Shown in pieces: positions 34,540 through 45,839 of a stretch of 64,000 nt of DNA (the stretch's first letter is position 1; each line of letters starts with the position of its first letter). Under the pieces are notes generated by a model. That model was not told the DNA's origin and ran no database searches. It worked only from the letters and a program-made list of their open reading frames with translations. Location: positions 21,527 to 85,526 of the forward strand of contig JAUCBJ010004579.1 of NCBI GenBank assembly GCA_032718475.1. Direction: 5' to 3'. Both the position numbers and the translations under genes were made by a program. Origin of the DNA: Nemertoderma westbladi. Taxonomy: Eukaryota > Animalia > Xenacoelomorpha.

Positions 34540-36185
34540 TGACAGGGTATTGCCTGATAACTTTATAGAAGTAAAAGTCCCTCCCAGATATTCCCATTGG
34601 CGATATCTCCTTTGCAGAAGTGAAGGCTGCTGCAAAGAGCATTAAGACCAATCGTGCCAGTGGAGTAGATGGTGTTCCCCCTGAGGTCTTTAAAATACCT
34701 GAGTGTTTAAAGCTCATCTATCCCATCATAGTAGACATGTACCGAACAACAAGAGTCCCACAAGAAATGAAAACAAATAAGTTGGTGCCAGTTCCCAAGA
34801 AGGGCAACCTAACACTCTATGGTTCTTTTCGGGGAATCTCATTGATCTCGATTGCTGCAAAGCTATACAATAGGATTCTATTAAATCGCATCAGGGATCC
34901 CATTGAGAGACTGCTCCGTGGAAATCAGAATGGGTTCCGTAAAGGTCGTGGGACCATGGAGCCCATTTTGGCACTTAGAAGGATAATTGAAGAGTTATCA
35001 AAAAAGAAAGACAGGCATCTGGCTGTTATCTTTGTTGACTTCTTCAAGGCCTTTGATTCAGTCTCTCGCTCACGTATGTTCAGCATACTTTCATTATATG
35101 GGATTCCAGATGAAATTATTGCAGCAATCAGATCAGTATACGATGGTTCGACAACATTTGTGTCTACTGTTGATGGTGACACAGAACCATTTGAAGTGTT
35201 ATGGGGCGTCCTCCAAGGAGACACACTTGCACCATTCTTGTTCATTATTGTGGTTGACTATGCTCTACGCATGTCCTTAGATCATTACAATGATGATGGG
35301 GTGATGATAACTCCACCTACTGGCTCCAGAAGTCGAGGAAATCCTGCCAAGTACCTAACTGATCTAGACTTTGCTGATGACTTAGGAGTACTCTCAGAAT
35401 CATTAGAGGGAGCCCAACGGCTCCTCAGCTCATTAGAACATGCTGCTTCTAGTGTTGGTCTTTTTATTAACTCCAGAAAGACCAAAATTCTGACAGTTAA
35501 CTTTGAAAGTCCTCAGCAAGTCTCTGATCGGATGAGCATAAGCTCAAAGGATGGTATGCTTGAGCATGTGGACGACTTCTGTTACCTGGGATCATGGATC
35601 CGGAAGTCAGGTGAGGACCTTCGAATACGTAAGGGAAAGGCATGGGCAGCCTTGAATAGGCTTTCCAGGATTTGGAAGTCACCGAGAATTAATCGGAAAC
35701 TTAAGGTCCGATTATTTAGAGCAGCAGTAGTTCCAGTACTCCTCTACGGGAGTCCATGCTGGGCTCTAACTGCTGAGGTCACCAAATCTCTGGATGGCAC
35801 ATTCACAAGAATGCTACGCCGGGTTCATTGTGTCAAGTACAATGCACACATCTCCAACCAGACACTATATAACATTGGAGGTGTCTCATTGGTTCCCCCA
35901 AGCTTGACACTAGAACAAAATCGCCTCCGCTTTGCAGGACATTGCTTTCGCCGTGAGGACCAGCCAGTGCATAATCTTGTACTTTGGCAGCCTCATGGAG
36001 TGAATAAGCATGGTGGACAGCCCATGACTTTCTTGAGACGCATCTTAAAGGACACTGGCCTTAAAGATGCGGATGATCTAGCAAATGTCATGGGTGATAG
36101 GGAGTTGTGGCGGTGCAATTTTGTTGACAAGCCGGCACAGCATTCTTAAAAATGCAGCTGCAATGCAGCATGCCGATCCTAGTAG
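34540..36185 (+). mobile_element. 5'-truncated RTE-like LINE with an open RT frame (34620-36149)
   Basis: ASGVDG, PVPKKG..FRGISL, QNGFRKGRGT, FVDFFKAFDSV, GVLQGDTLAPFLF, LDFADD, FCYLGS, LLYG, RLRFAGH; TAGTAG tail; 12-bp TSD TGATAGAGAAAA at 34528-34539 and 36186-36197. Confidence 0.93.
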
Positions 36186-37346
36186 TGATAGAGAAAAAAA
36201 TATTTTGGGTATTCTTCCCCGCTACCAGCAATACCAATGACAAAGCCCCCTTTTATCAATATAAATAATCAATTGTACCAAGAATCCAAAGTAATAACAT
36301 TGTAGTAACCACCGAAAGGGTTCTCTCTGAATGTGTTAGAAGTCCTGTTGAATGTGTCATGTGTTGTGAAAACGTCCCTAGTAGTCCGGCAGATATATGC
36401 CGTTTTTTCACTAAACCTTGTATGGGAGTATAAATGTTTGGGTGATTTTGGTAGGAAATTTTATTGCGATCAATAACCCGACTAATGATACCCAACTTGC
36501 ATCATTGATGTTTTTCTGTAATTAGCAATTTAAAAAATTGTCCCCAGGAACGGTTAAGACAATTCATCTGATTGCTTCCATATATTTTAGTGAAAATGTT
36601 ACTGTTGAAAATTAACACATGTTAAGGCTTACATATTTCGAATACAATTAAACTTATATCACGGGAATCACTCTCTTATGTCGCCTATATGTCACTGCTA
36701 GCCATAGCTTATTCCTTGCGAATTGTTTTTGAACAAACTCTAAGTAAAAATAACACATTGTTTGAATGTTTACCCAAGTAATTGAAGCATCATTAATTTT
36801 TTAAAGTAATTTACATTAAAATAATATAAAAACAACAACATCACCATTGTAAAGACCATTGTAAAAAATCACCACTGTATAGTAAAGAATGGATAATAGA
36901 GGTGTTATCATATTATTGAGAAGCCACTTATGGTGTTTTATTCCGCTCTTTATCAGTTATATGTGTTTAGATTCCACAACACACATTACATTTATGTGAA
37001 AACAATTTGGGAATGGACAATATTATTGTTTTTTATACTTGCCATTATTCTTAAGTATAAAGCATTAACGGACATCTGCACCATTCTTATTACGCCTCTT
37101 AGAGAAGTGGTGTTGTGTTTACTGTTTACTATTATTAAAGTTGAAGCTGCTTTAATTAATTGATACTTAATTAATACTAAAGTTATTTGAATAAACAGTC
37201 GAGTGTAAAAAAATAACACTTGGAAAAAAACGCTTTTCGACAGAGGATAGTAACGAACAGTTACAAAACAGTATGATGTATAAGGGTACTAGGCCTACAA
37301 TACGATATAAACTAAATGTGACGCTAAATGCTAAGGCATAAACTGA

Positions 37347-38032
37347 ACTTGTCGTGCAGCAACTCCACCCATCCCTCTATACTTGTCGTGCAGCAACTCC
37401 ACCCATCCCTCTATACTTGTCGTGCAGCAACTCCACCCATCCCTCTATACTTGTCGTGCAGCAACTCCACCCATCCCTCTATACTTGTCGTGCAGCAACT
37501 CCACCCATCCCTCTATACTTGTCGTGCAGCAACTCTACCCATCCCTCTATACTTGTCGTGCAGCAACTCCACCCATCCCTCTATACTTGTCGTGCAGCAA
37601 CTCCACCTATCCCTCTATACTTGTCGTGCAGCAACACCACCCATCCCTCTATACTTGTCGTGCAGCAACTCCACCCATCCCTCTATACTTGTCGTGCAGC
37701 AACTCCACCCATCCCTCTATACTTGTCGTGCAGCAACTCCACCCATCCCTCTATACTTGTCGTGCGCAACTCCACCCATCCCTCTATACTTGTCGTGCAG
37801 CAACTCCACCCATCCCTCTATACTTGTCGTGCAGCAACTCCACCCATCCCTTTATACTTGTCGTGCAGCAACTCCACCCATCCCTCTATACTTGTCGTGC
37901 AGCAACTCCACCCATCCCTCTATACTTGTCAAGCAGCAACTCCACCCATCCCTCTATACTTGTCAAGCAGCAACTCCACCCATCCCTCTATACTTGTCGT
38001 GCAGCAACTCCACCCATCCCTCTATACTTGTC
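37347..38032. repeat. 34-bp minisatellite array 1 (~20 units)
   Basis: Unit ACTTGTCGTGCAGCAACTCCACCCATCCCTCTAT. Confidence 0.97.
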
Positions 38033-38033
38033 T

Positions 38034-39494
38034 ACCAAAACAATAAACTAGAGTCAATACGCAGGTCCCCCCCCCCCCCCCCACCCCCGTACCCACACAT
38101 AACAGTAATATAATTATCTTCACTGGCAAACAATAACTAACCGAAACAATAAATTATGTTGTTAACAATTGAGGGAAAGGAGCAGATTACATAGACGTCT
38201 TTTTCTAACCAAACCAATAAACGATGTTGAGGGTTGGTGTAATAATAAAATAACAAATATGGGATGGGGGGTGTAACAGGAATGTACGGGGTTAATTGGA
38301 AATTCTGTGAGTGTAACAGGAAAACACGAAAAATGCGTATATTAAACCGTGCTAAGCGCGATCAACTGGAGCTCTGACAATTCGCCCTCTCGCGGCAGAC
38401 AGAGCAACAACTATAGAAGTCTGTCTGTGTGTAGAATTTCTAAACTTTTGATAGACTATACATGTGTACCAAGTTTGGTTCCATTTCATCAAAGATTGAC
38501 CGACTTATTAGCGTTCAAACATTCTAGCCACAGACCCAGCCACAAACAAACTAATAATAGCCGCAGGAACCCGGTAAAATTGGAATACTACACAACTGTA
38601 TTCTACAGTATTCAGAGTATTCATGTGCAATTGCAATGGTATTGCACGAATTAGAGGCACGGCGAATTAAATACATAATAAATAATGTATAATTATATTA
38701 GCCTATTATTATTAAAATAAGAGCAACTTTAAGACATATAATATAACAAATTATAAAATAATATAGTACATGTACCTTCGGCAATACTGTATGCCACGAC
38801 CCACCTGAACTAAAACCCGACGGCAAATCTTGGATTTAACGAGACTGAGTGCGACATGTCTGGCTGCGTAGGCTGCGCTGCGGTCTACCTTGGTGGGATC
38901 CTTACCGGAGAAAGCGCCGCCCCCGTGCGCTCCCCAGCCGCCGTACTAAAACAGGGAAATTCAGCCAATAGCATGGCATTACACAAACAGAGAAGTGAAA
39001 ACCGAAAAAATACCAAAATGGGCCATGTAACAAAGAATAATGTTATAACCATTATTGTTATCATCGGTAATGTTATAACCATTTACGAAACCTTAACCAA
39101 ATTTTAATTTAAATTTCAAAATTGTCAAAACGACAAAACGATAAAAGCCTTTATTTATTACAAACTAAAAGTTAAAAATTAAATTGCATTACTCGATTGG
39201 TTGTTAGAGAAACCTGATGATCTACCTGTACCGAATGATTAACACCCGCTGTATAAAGCATTCCACCCGACGTATAAAGTCACCCGTCTCATAAAGTTAA
39301 CGTACAAAGTAATATATATTTCAACTTTTATGTAAATATTATGAAGTTCAGATACCTGGCTGTCTCTATAAATGATATATATTTATATATCAGTACAACA
39401 GTTGTTAGACTACTTACTGTGTCCACGATTATCTTTCTGCCAGTGAGTCCGGCGTCACCCATTGGTCCGCCGATAGTAAATGCACCGGATGGAT
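38034..39494 (-). pseudogene. Duplicated 1.46-kb MAT gene segment (copy of ~43942-45412) with one full exon (38805-38945) and one partial exon (39418-39494)
   Basis: Near-identical to 43942-45412 with scattered substitutions and indels; encodes [33 protein letters not shown]. Confidence 0.92.
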
Positions 39495-39501
39495 AAACTG
39501 A

Positions 39502-40869
39502 ACTTGTCGTGCAGCAACTCCACCCATCCCTCTATACTTGTCGTGCAGCAACTCCACCCATCCCTCTATACTTGTCGTGCAGCAACTCCACCCATCCCTC
39601 TATACTTGTCGTGCAGCAACTCCACCCATCCCTCTATACTTGTCGTGCAGCAACTCCACCCATCCCTCTATACTTGTCGTGCAGCAACTCTACCCATCCC
39701 TCTATACTTGTCGTGCAGCAACTCCACCCATCCCTCTATACTTGTCGTGCAGCAACTCCACCTATCCCTCTATACTTGTCGTGCAGCAACACCACCCATC
39801 CCTCTATACTTGTCGTGCAGCAACTCCACCCATCCCTCTATACTTGTCGTGCAGCAACTCCACCCATCCCTCTATACTTGTCGTGCAGCAACTCCACCCA
39901 TCCCTCTATACTTGTCGTGCGCAACTCCACCCATCCCTCTATACTTGTCGTGCAGCAACTCCACCCATCCCTCTATACTTGTCGTGCAGCAACTCCACCC
40001 ATCCCTTTATACTTGTCGTGCAGCAACTCCACCCATCCCTCTATACTTGTCGTGCAGCAACTCCACCCATCCCTCTATACTTGTCAAGCAGCAACTCCAC
40101 CCATCCCTCTATACTTGTCAAGCAGCAACTCCACCCATCCCTCTATACTTGTCGTGCAGCAACTCCACCCATCCCTCTATACTTGTCGTGCAGCAACTCC
40201 ACCCATCCCTCTATACTTGTCGTGCAGCAACTCCACCCATCCCTCTATACTTGTCGTGCAGCAACTCCACACCCATCCCTCTATACTTGTCGTGCAGCAA
40301 CTCCACCCATCCCTCTATACTTGTCGTGCAGCAACTCCACCCATCCCTCTATACTTGTCGTGCAGCAACTCCACCCATCCCTCTATACTTGTCGTGCAGC
40401 AACTCCACCCATCCCTCTATACTTGTCGTGCAGCAACTCCACCCATCCATCTATACTTGTCGTGCAGCAACTCCACCCATCCCTCTATACTTGTTGTGCA
40501 GCAACTCCACCCATCCCTCTATACTTGTCGTGCAGCAACTCCACCCATCCCTCTATACTTGTCGTGCAGCAACTCCACCCATCCCTCTATACTTGTCAAG
40601 CAGCAACTCCGCCAACCCCTCTATACTTGTCGTGCAGCAACTCCACCCATCCCTCTATACTTGTCGTGCAGCAACTCCACCCATCCCTCTTTACTTGTCG
40701 TGCAGCAACTCCACCCATCCCTCTATACTTGTCGTGCAGCAACTCCACCCATCCCTCTTTACTTGTCGTGCAGCAACTCCACCCATCCCTCTATACTTGT
40801 CGTGCAGCAACTCCACCCATCCCTCTATACTTATCGTGCAGCAACTCCACCCATCCCTCTATACTTGTC
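39502..40869. repeat. 34-bp minisatellite array 2 (~40 units)
   Basis: Same unit as array 1; the first ~20 units carry the same ordered variants as array 1. Confidence 0.97.
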
Positions 40870-41581
40870 TATATTTCAGAACACTTAGAAAATCTTCGTT
40901 TATGACAGTTTCAAAAATAATTTTTAGAGAATTTTATATTCCGTACAATATGGAAAACAAATGTAATTCTTGTTGTATAAATCCTTCTCCTGTGTATATT
41001 GTGACACCAGCACCTTAAACCGATAAAGAGTTGGTCAAGGTGCCACTGATAACACGTTATCGAGTTCTTTAAACCAAGTTGAGGAAATTATTTGGGTTAG
41101 CCTATCGGAACTAAAGCTAGTAGTGGCCGATAATATAAAAGATACCGATGATTCATGAAAGCAATATTGGAATCAAATGGGAATGTTATATTGATGATGG
41201 TTGTTTACTAAAACGGGGCGGAATAAAGTAAAAGTCTATACTATCGTAAATGACACAGTACCATGAACCGGTACAGTCTGATAGTTGGCGTTAGCTAGAG
41301 TTTACTCATGATTTCGCGACAACCATAGAGACAAGTTCAATTAATCGTTAAATTACTCGTCCAGAACTAAATCACTTAGCAATGAGTATTGAATATGTTG
41401 AAATTTTTAAATAAATTTAAAAAAATATATTATAAAAACGTGAACCATATTTATTACATCGTTTTTCATTATTATTATTCTCAGGAAAACAAGTAATTTA
41501 CAATGGAATTCAACAAGTAGAATAGAAATCGGTCTAATTGCGAGTCAATTACTACCGACACACGATGTTGTCATGGATACA

Positions 41582-41865
41582 GGGGCGTTCGTTCATAAAG
41601 TATGTTACGCAATGTCACAACCACATCCTTTTCACAAAGAGCAACGGGATGATTTGATAAATATTTCATCCCCGGTGGCAATAAAGACTTTATTTAGTTA
41701 GTTGACATGGCTCGACTTGTGGTTAGGTAATTTATCAAAGAATTTCGAACAAAATACAAGAATGAAAAAAACATGAAAAGATGACATAATTTGATTTACG
41801 GGACGAGAAAATAAACTTCAGTTTTACCATCGATGGTGAGCATGACATACTTTATGAAGACCCCC
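41582..41865. mobile_element. MITE-like element with imperfect TIRs (possibly PIF/Harbinger-type)
   Basis: GGGGCGTTCGTTCATAAAGTATGT ... ACATACTTTATGAAGACCCCC inverted ends; TSD not clear. Confidence 0.5.
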
Positions 41866-42048
41866 TAGAACAATTACGGTAAACAATGATTATAAAAATA
41901 GCCCATAATCCCATGGTGTGTCGACCAAAGCTAACAACGATGCATTACCGGCAACAGCACCAGTTTAATGACAACAACATCTGAATCTATTGTGGTAAGG
42001 ACAGACACTTAGTGGTTGCAGGTCCAGACAGACACGTATTTAGTTAAC

Positions 42049-42169
42049 TCAGTGATGAATGAGTTTAGGCATAACAATTGGTTTGGGTTTTTCCCATGTG
42101 AATTCGCTCCTTCCGAAATGTCCGTACGACGCGGTTCTTTGGTAAATCGGACGCGTTAATTCCAACTTT
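42049..42169 (-). CDS. MAT: S-adenosylmethionine synthetase, last coding exon
   Basis: ttttag acceptor; [31 protein letters not shown]; phase matches the upstream exon. Confidence 0.93.
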
Positions 42170-42245
42170 CTAAAATTACAAAATCGTTTATGAAAATGAA
42201 AAAATAATACTATCATTTGAATAACAAAAAAAATATAAATATAAA

Positions 42246-42732
42246 TTTTATTCCAAAATTGTAACATTACTCAATCCCGTTAGTATTAACAGCGAGTTGT
42301 TATTTAGCACTTTACAACTTTAGAGGACATTACATCATTGTATTGGCCTTACATTTAGTATTGTATTAGGTGTTATTGTTTACGTGGTAACCCATGACGG
42401 CGTTAAGTAATGTCCACTAAGGGCACATTACTTAACGCCGTCATTGGATACCACGTAAACAATAGGTGGAAATTTGCCTGACAGCCAGATAGATAGGCCT
42501 ACTGCATTACCTACCGGTAGGCGGGGTATAGCTATTAATAACCATATGGTCCTAGCTATATTATTATAACATGGCTCCAACCAAACGTCACCATAAATAT
42601 AAGCTAATTTATTTATAACATAATTATGTCATTTTTACAATTATTTATACAGCAACTAATATAATTTGTGCAGTTTCTATCACTTATAATGTATAAACAA
42701 TCAGTTCGTAATGTTACAATTTTGGAATAAAA
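42246..42732. repeat. Perfect 25-bp inverted repeat enclosing a 91-bp hairpin (42374-42464) in the last MAT intron
   Basis: TTTTATTCCAAAATTGTAACATTAC (42246-42270) / GTAATGTTACAATTTTGGAATAAAA (42708-42732); inner TATTGTTTACGTGGTA..ATGACGGCGTTAAGTAATGT / ACATTACTTAACGCCGTCAT..TACCACGTAAACAATA. Confidence 0.85.
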
Positions 42733-42734
42733 CT

Positions 42735-42880
42735 ACATACATACTTGTTGCAAAGTACTTTACAGTGTTCTGATTCTCGTGGCTTTATTTTCACTCACTC
42801 ACTAACGTTCGTTCGTGTAACAAAGCCACTCGGATCATCACACTGTAAAGTTCTACTTTACACACAAGTATGTAAATAGT
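42735..42880. repeat. ~145-bp imperfect palindrome (hairpin MITE-like)
   Basis: ACATACTTGT..ACTTTACAGTG..GTGGCTTT arms pair with AAAGCCAC..CACTGTAAAGT..ACAAGTATGT. Confidence 0.7.
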
Positions 42881-42991
42881 TATTACTGAGAAAGTTAAAA
42901 CTCAAAAAACGACCGGCTTGAATATCTGAATTTCGGCCAAACTGAAATTAATAGTGAACATTAAGTTATTTTCAAATTTTCTCTTTCTGAA

Positions 42992-43112
42992 TACCTTTGG
43001 GGGAAACCAAAATACTAACTTCGTACGAATACGGTACCTTTGGGGGAAACCAAAATACTAACTTCGTACGAATACGGTACCTTTGGGGGAAACCAAAATA
43101 CTAACTTCGTAC
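42992..43112. repeat. 43-bp tandem repeat, about 3 copies
   Basis: CTTTGGGGGAAACCAAAATACTAACTTCGTACGAATACGGTAC. Confidence 0.9.
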
Positions 43113-43370
43113 AAAAATGTCCTAATGATGTGACTAAGTGAACCGAACTGCTATGAAAAGTAGTGAGAAAAAGTCTTTCCTCACAAATAAATATATATAT
43201 AAAGATAACCGAAGAAAAATTGAGAAAATATTATCTCATTTCACAATTTTTTTTAATTAAATTAAATAATTATCCATACAGATAAAACTTTTATAATTAT
43301 TGTGTCTTCTGTCTTATCTTATGTTGTTAAACTTTCAGTTTGTGAAACAGTTTTATATGCGATAACTTAC

Positions 43371-43504
43371 TTCCTAATGACTCCGGGTCTCAAATCGAAG
43401 TTGGCATTAACGATATCAACCAGTTGGTGGGGATTATATTTAGATGTACCGTAATCGAAGACGGATACTGAGAGTGGCTCAGCTATACCGATAGAGTAGG
43501 CGAC
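43371..43504 (-). CDS. MAT: S-adenosylmethionine synthetase exon (134 nt)
   Basis: ag|VAYSIGIAEPLSVSVFDYGTSKYNPHQLVDIVNANFDLRPGVIR|gtaagt. Confidence 0.93.
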
Positions 43505-44722
43505 CTAAATATCAAAGTTCAATAAATAATTACATAATACTTTAGTGGCTAAAAAGTCTAATTAAATAAATTGCAGATGAGCAAAACCATTTACATTACA
43601 TCATTAAGAAGTCTAACAAAAAAATATAAATGCTAGGCTATAGAGCTATTACTTATATATCATACCCATATTCATTACCACATAAAATTTATCCCTCACA
43701 AAATGACAACCTATTTTCGCGAACAACATTATACCACCTTCTTTACTCCATTAACCTTATTAATTGCGAAGAACACCTAAATTTAGCTACAGTACAACCC
43801 TACATACTTAATGACGGGTGCCCAGTGGGCACCAGTGGGCACTGCCCACTAAACACGTTTGCGATACCTTTCAATACCAAATGTTTCCTTCGCAGAATAT
43901 CTTCCTAATGACCATGCTACAGTGGAATGTACTTCTATCTAACCAAAACAATAAACTGGAGTCAATGCGCAGTCCCCCCCCCCCCCCCCCACCCCCGTAC
44001 CCACACATTACAGTAATATAATTATCTTCACTGGCAAACAATAACTAACCGAAACAATCAATTATGTTGTTAACAATTGAGGGAAAGGAGCAGATTACAT
44101 AGACGTCTTTTTCTAACCAAACCAATAAACGATGTTGAGGGTTGGTGTAATAATAATATAACAAAGATGGGGGGGGGGGGGGGGGGGGGGGGGGTGTAAC
44201 AGGAATGTACGGGGTTAATTGGAAATTCTGTGAGTGTAACAGGAAAACACGAAAAATGCGTATATTAAACCGTGCTAAGCGCGATCAACTGGAGCTCTGA
44301 CAATCCGCCCTCTCGCGGCAGACAGAGCAACTATAGAAGTCTGTCTGTGCGTAGAATTTCTAAACTTTTGATAGACTACATGTGTACCAAGTTTGGTTCC
44401 ATTTCATCAAAGATTGACCGACTTACTAGCGTTCAAACATTCTAGCCACAGACCCAGCCACAAACAAACTAATAATAGCCGCAGGAACCCGGTAAAATTT
44501 TAATACTACACAACTGTATTCTACAGTATTCAGAGTATTCATGTGCAATTGCAATGGTATTGCACGAATTAGAGGCACGGCGAATTAAATACATAATAAA
44601 TAATGTATAATTATATTAGCCTATTATTATTAAAATAAGAGCAACTTTAAGACATATAATATAACAATTTATAAAATAATATAGTACATGTACCTTCGGC
44701 AATACTGTATGCCACGACCCAC

Positions 44723-44863
44723 CTGAACTAAAACCCGACGGCAAATCTTGGATTTAACGAGACTGAGTGCGACATGTCTGGCTGCGTAGGCTGCGCTGCG
44801 GTCTACCTTGGTGGGATCCTTACCGGAGAAAGCGCCGCCCCCGTGCGCCCCCCAGCCGCCGTA
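44723..44863 (-). CDS. MAT: S-adenosylmethionine synthetase exon (141 nt) with the GGGAFSGKD signature
   Basis: ag|[47 protein letters not shown]|gtgggt. Confidence 0.95.
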
Positions 44864-45335
44864 CTAAAACAGGGAAATTCAGCCAATAGCATGGCATTAC
44901 ACAAACAGAGAAGTGAAAACTGAAAAAATACCAAAATGGGCCATGTAACAAAGAATAATGTTATAACCATTATTGTTATCATCGGTAATGTTATAACCAT
45001 TTACGAAACCTTAACCAAATTTTAATTTAAATTTCAAAATTGTCAAAACGACAAAACGACAAAAGCCTTTATTTATTACAAACTAAAAGTTAAAAATTAA
45101 ATTGCATTACTCGATTGGTTGTTAGAGAAACCTGATGATCTACCTGTACCGAATGATTAACACCCGCTGTATAAAGCATTCCATCCGACGTATAAAGTCA
45201 CCCGTCTCATAAAGTTAACGTACAAAGTTATATATATTTCAACTTTTATGTAAATATTATGAAGTTCAGATACCTGGCTGTTTCTATAAATTATATATAT
45301 TTATATATCAGTACAACAGTTGTTAGACTACTTAC

Positions 45336-45470
45336 TGTGTCCACGATTATCTTTCTGCCAGTGAGTCCGGCGTCACCCATTGGTCCGCCGATAGTAAATG
45401 CACCGGATGGATTTAAATGATATATTGTGTCATCGTCGAGATATTTGGCGGGAATAACTTCATTAATTAC
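45336..45470 (-). CDS. MAT: S-adenosylmethionine synthetase exon (135 nt)
   Basis: ag|[45 protein letters not shown]|gtaagt. Confidence 0.95.
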
Positions 45471-45839
45471 CTAAAAAATATACCGGCTAAATTTAGATAA
45501 TGGGTAACTTATAGTTAAAGCGAATATAATATATAGAGAAATATTGAAGAATTATTCAAATTATGAAATGAAAGACCTCAGGCTGCTGTCTATCGGAAAT
45601 GGCGTGGAAAAACATAGAATTTGCTGGTGAATTTTTCGAATATTGTGATACTGGGATTCCAGTGTTAGGTAGTTTTTCCGCTTGACTTGTGCCCACTGAG
45701 ACATACTGTCGATTAAATTCATTTAGCTATTTTGGTTACATCGTTTTCAAGGCGTTTATTAACGATAAAAGATTTCGGATATTTTTCTGACTTTCTCCTG
45801 GTGACGAGGGATTCATGATAAATGAACAGTCGAAAAGTC

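Noticed and set aside
37328-41018. Long ORFs (220-512 aa) and a CRISPR-like 34-bp periodicity
   Set aside because: Head-to-tail minisatellite with no unique spacers and no cas genes, in eukaryotic DNA; the ORFs exist only because the unit lacks stops on one strand.
41000-42170. METTL16-type TACAGAGAA hairpins in the MAT 3' UTR or last acceptor
   Set aside because: No such motif found by eye on the minus strand; the last acceptor is TTTTAG|AAAG.
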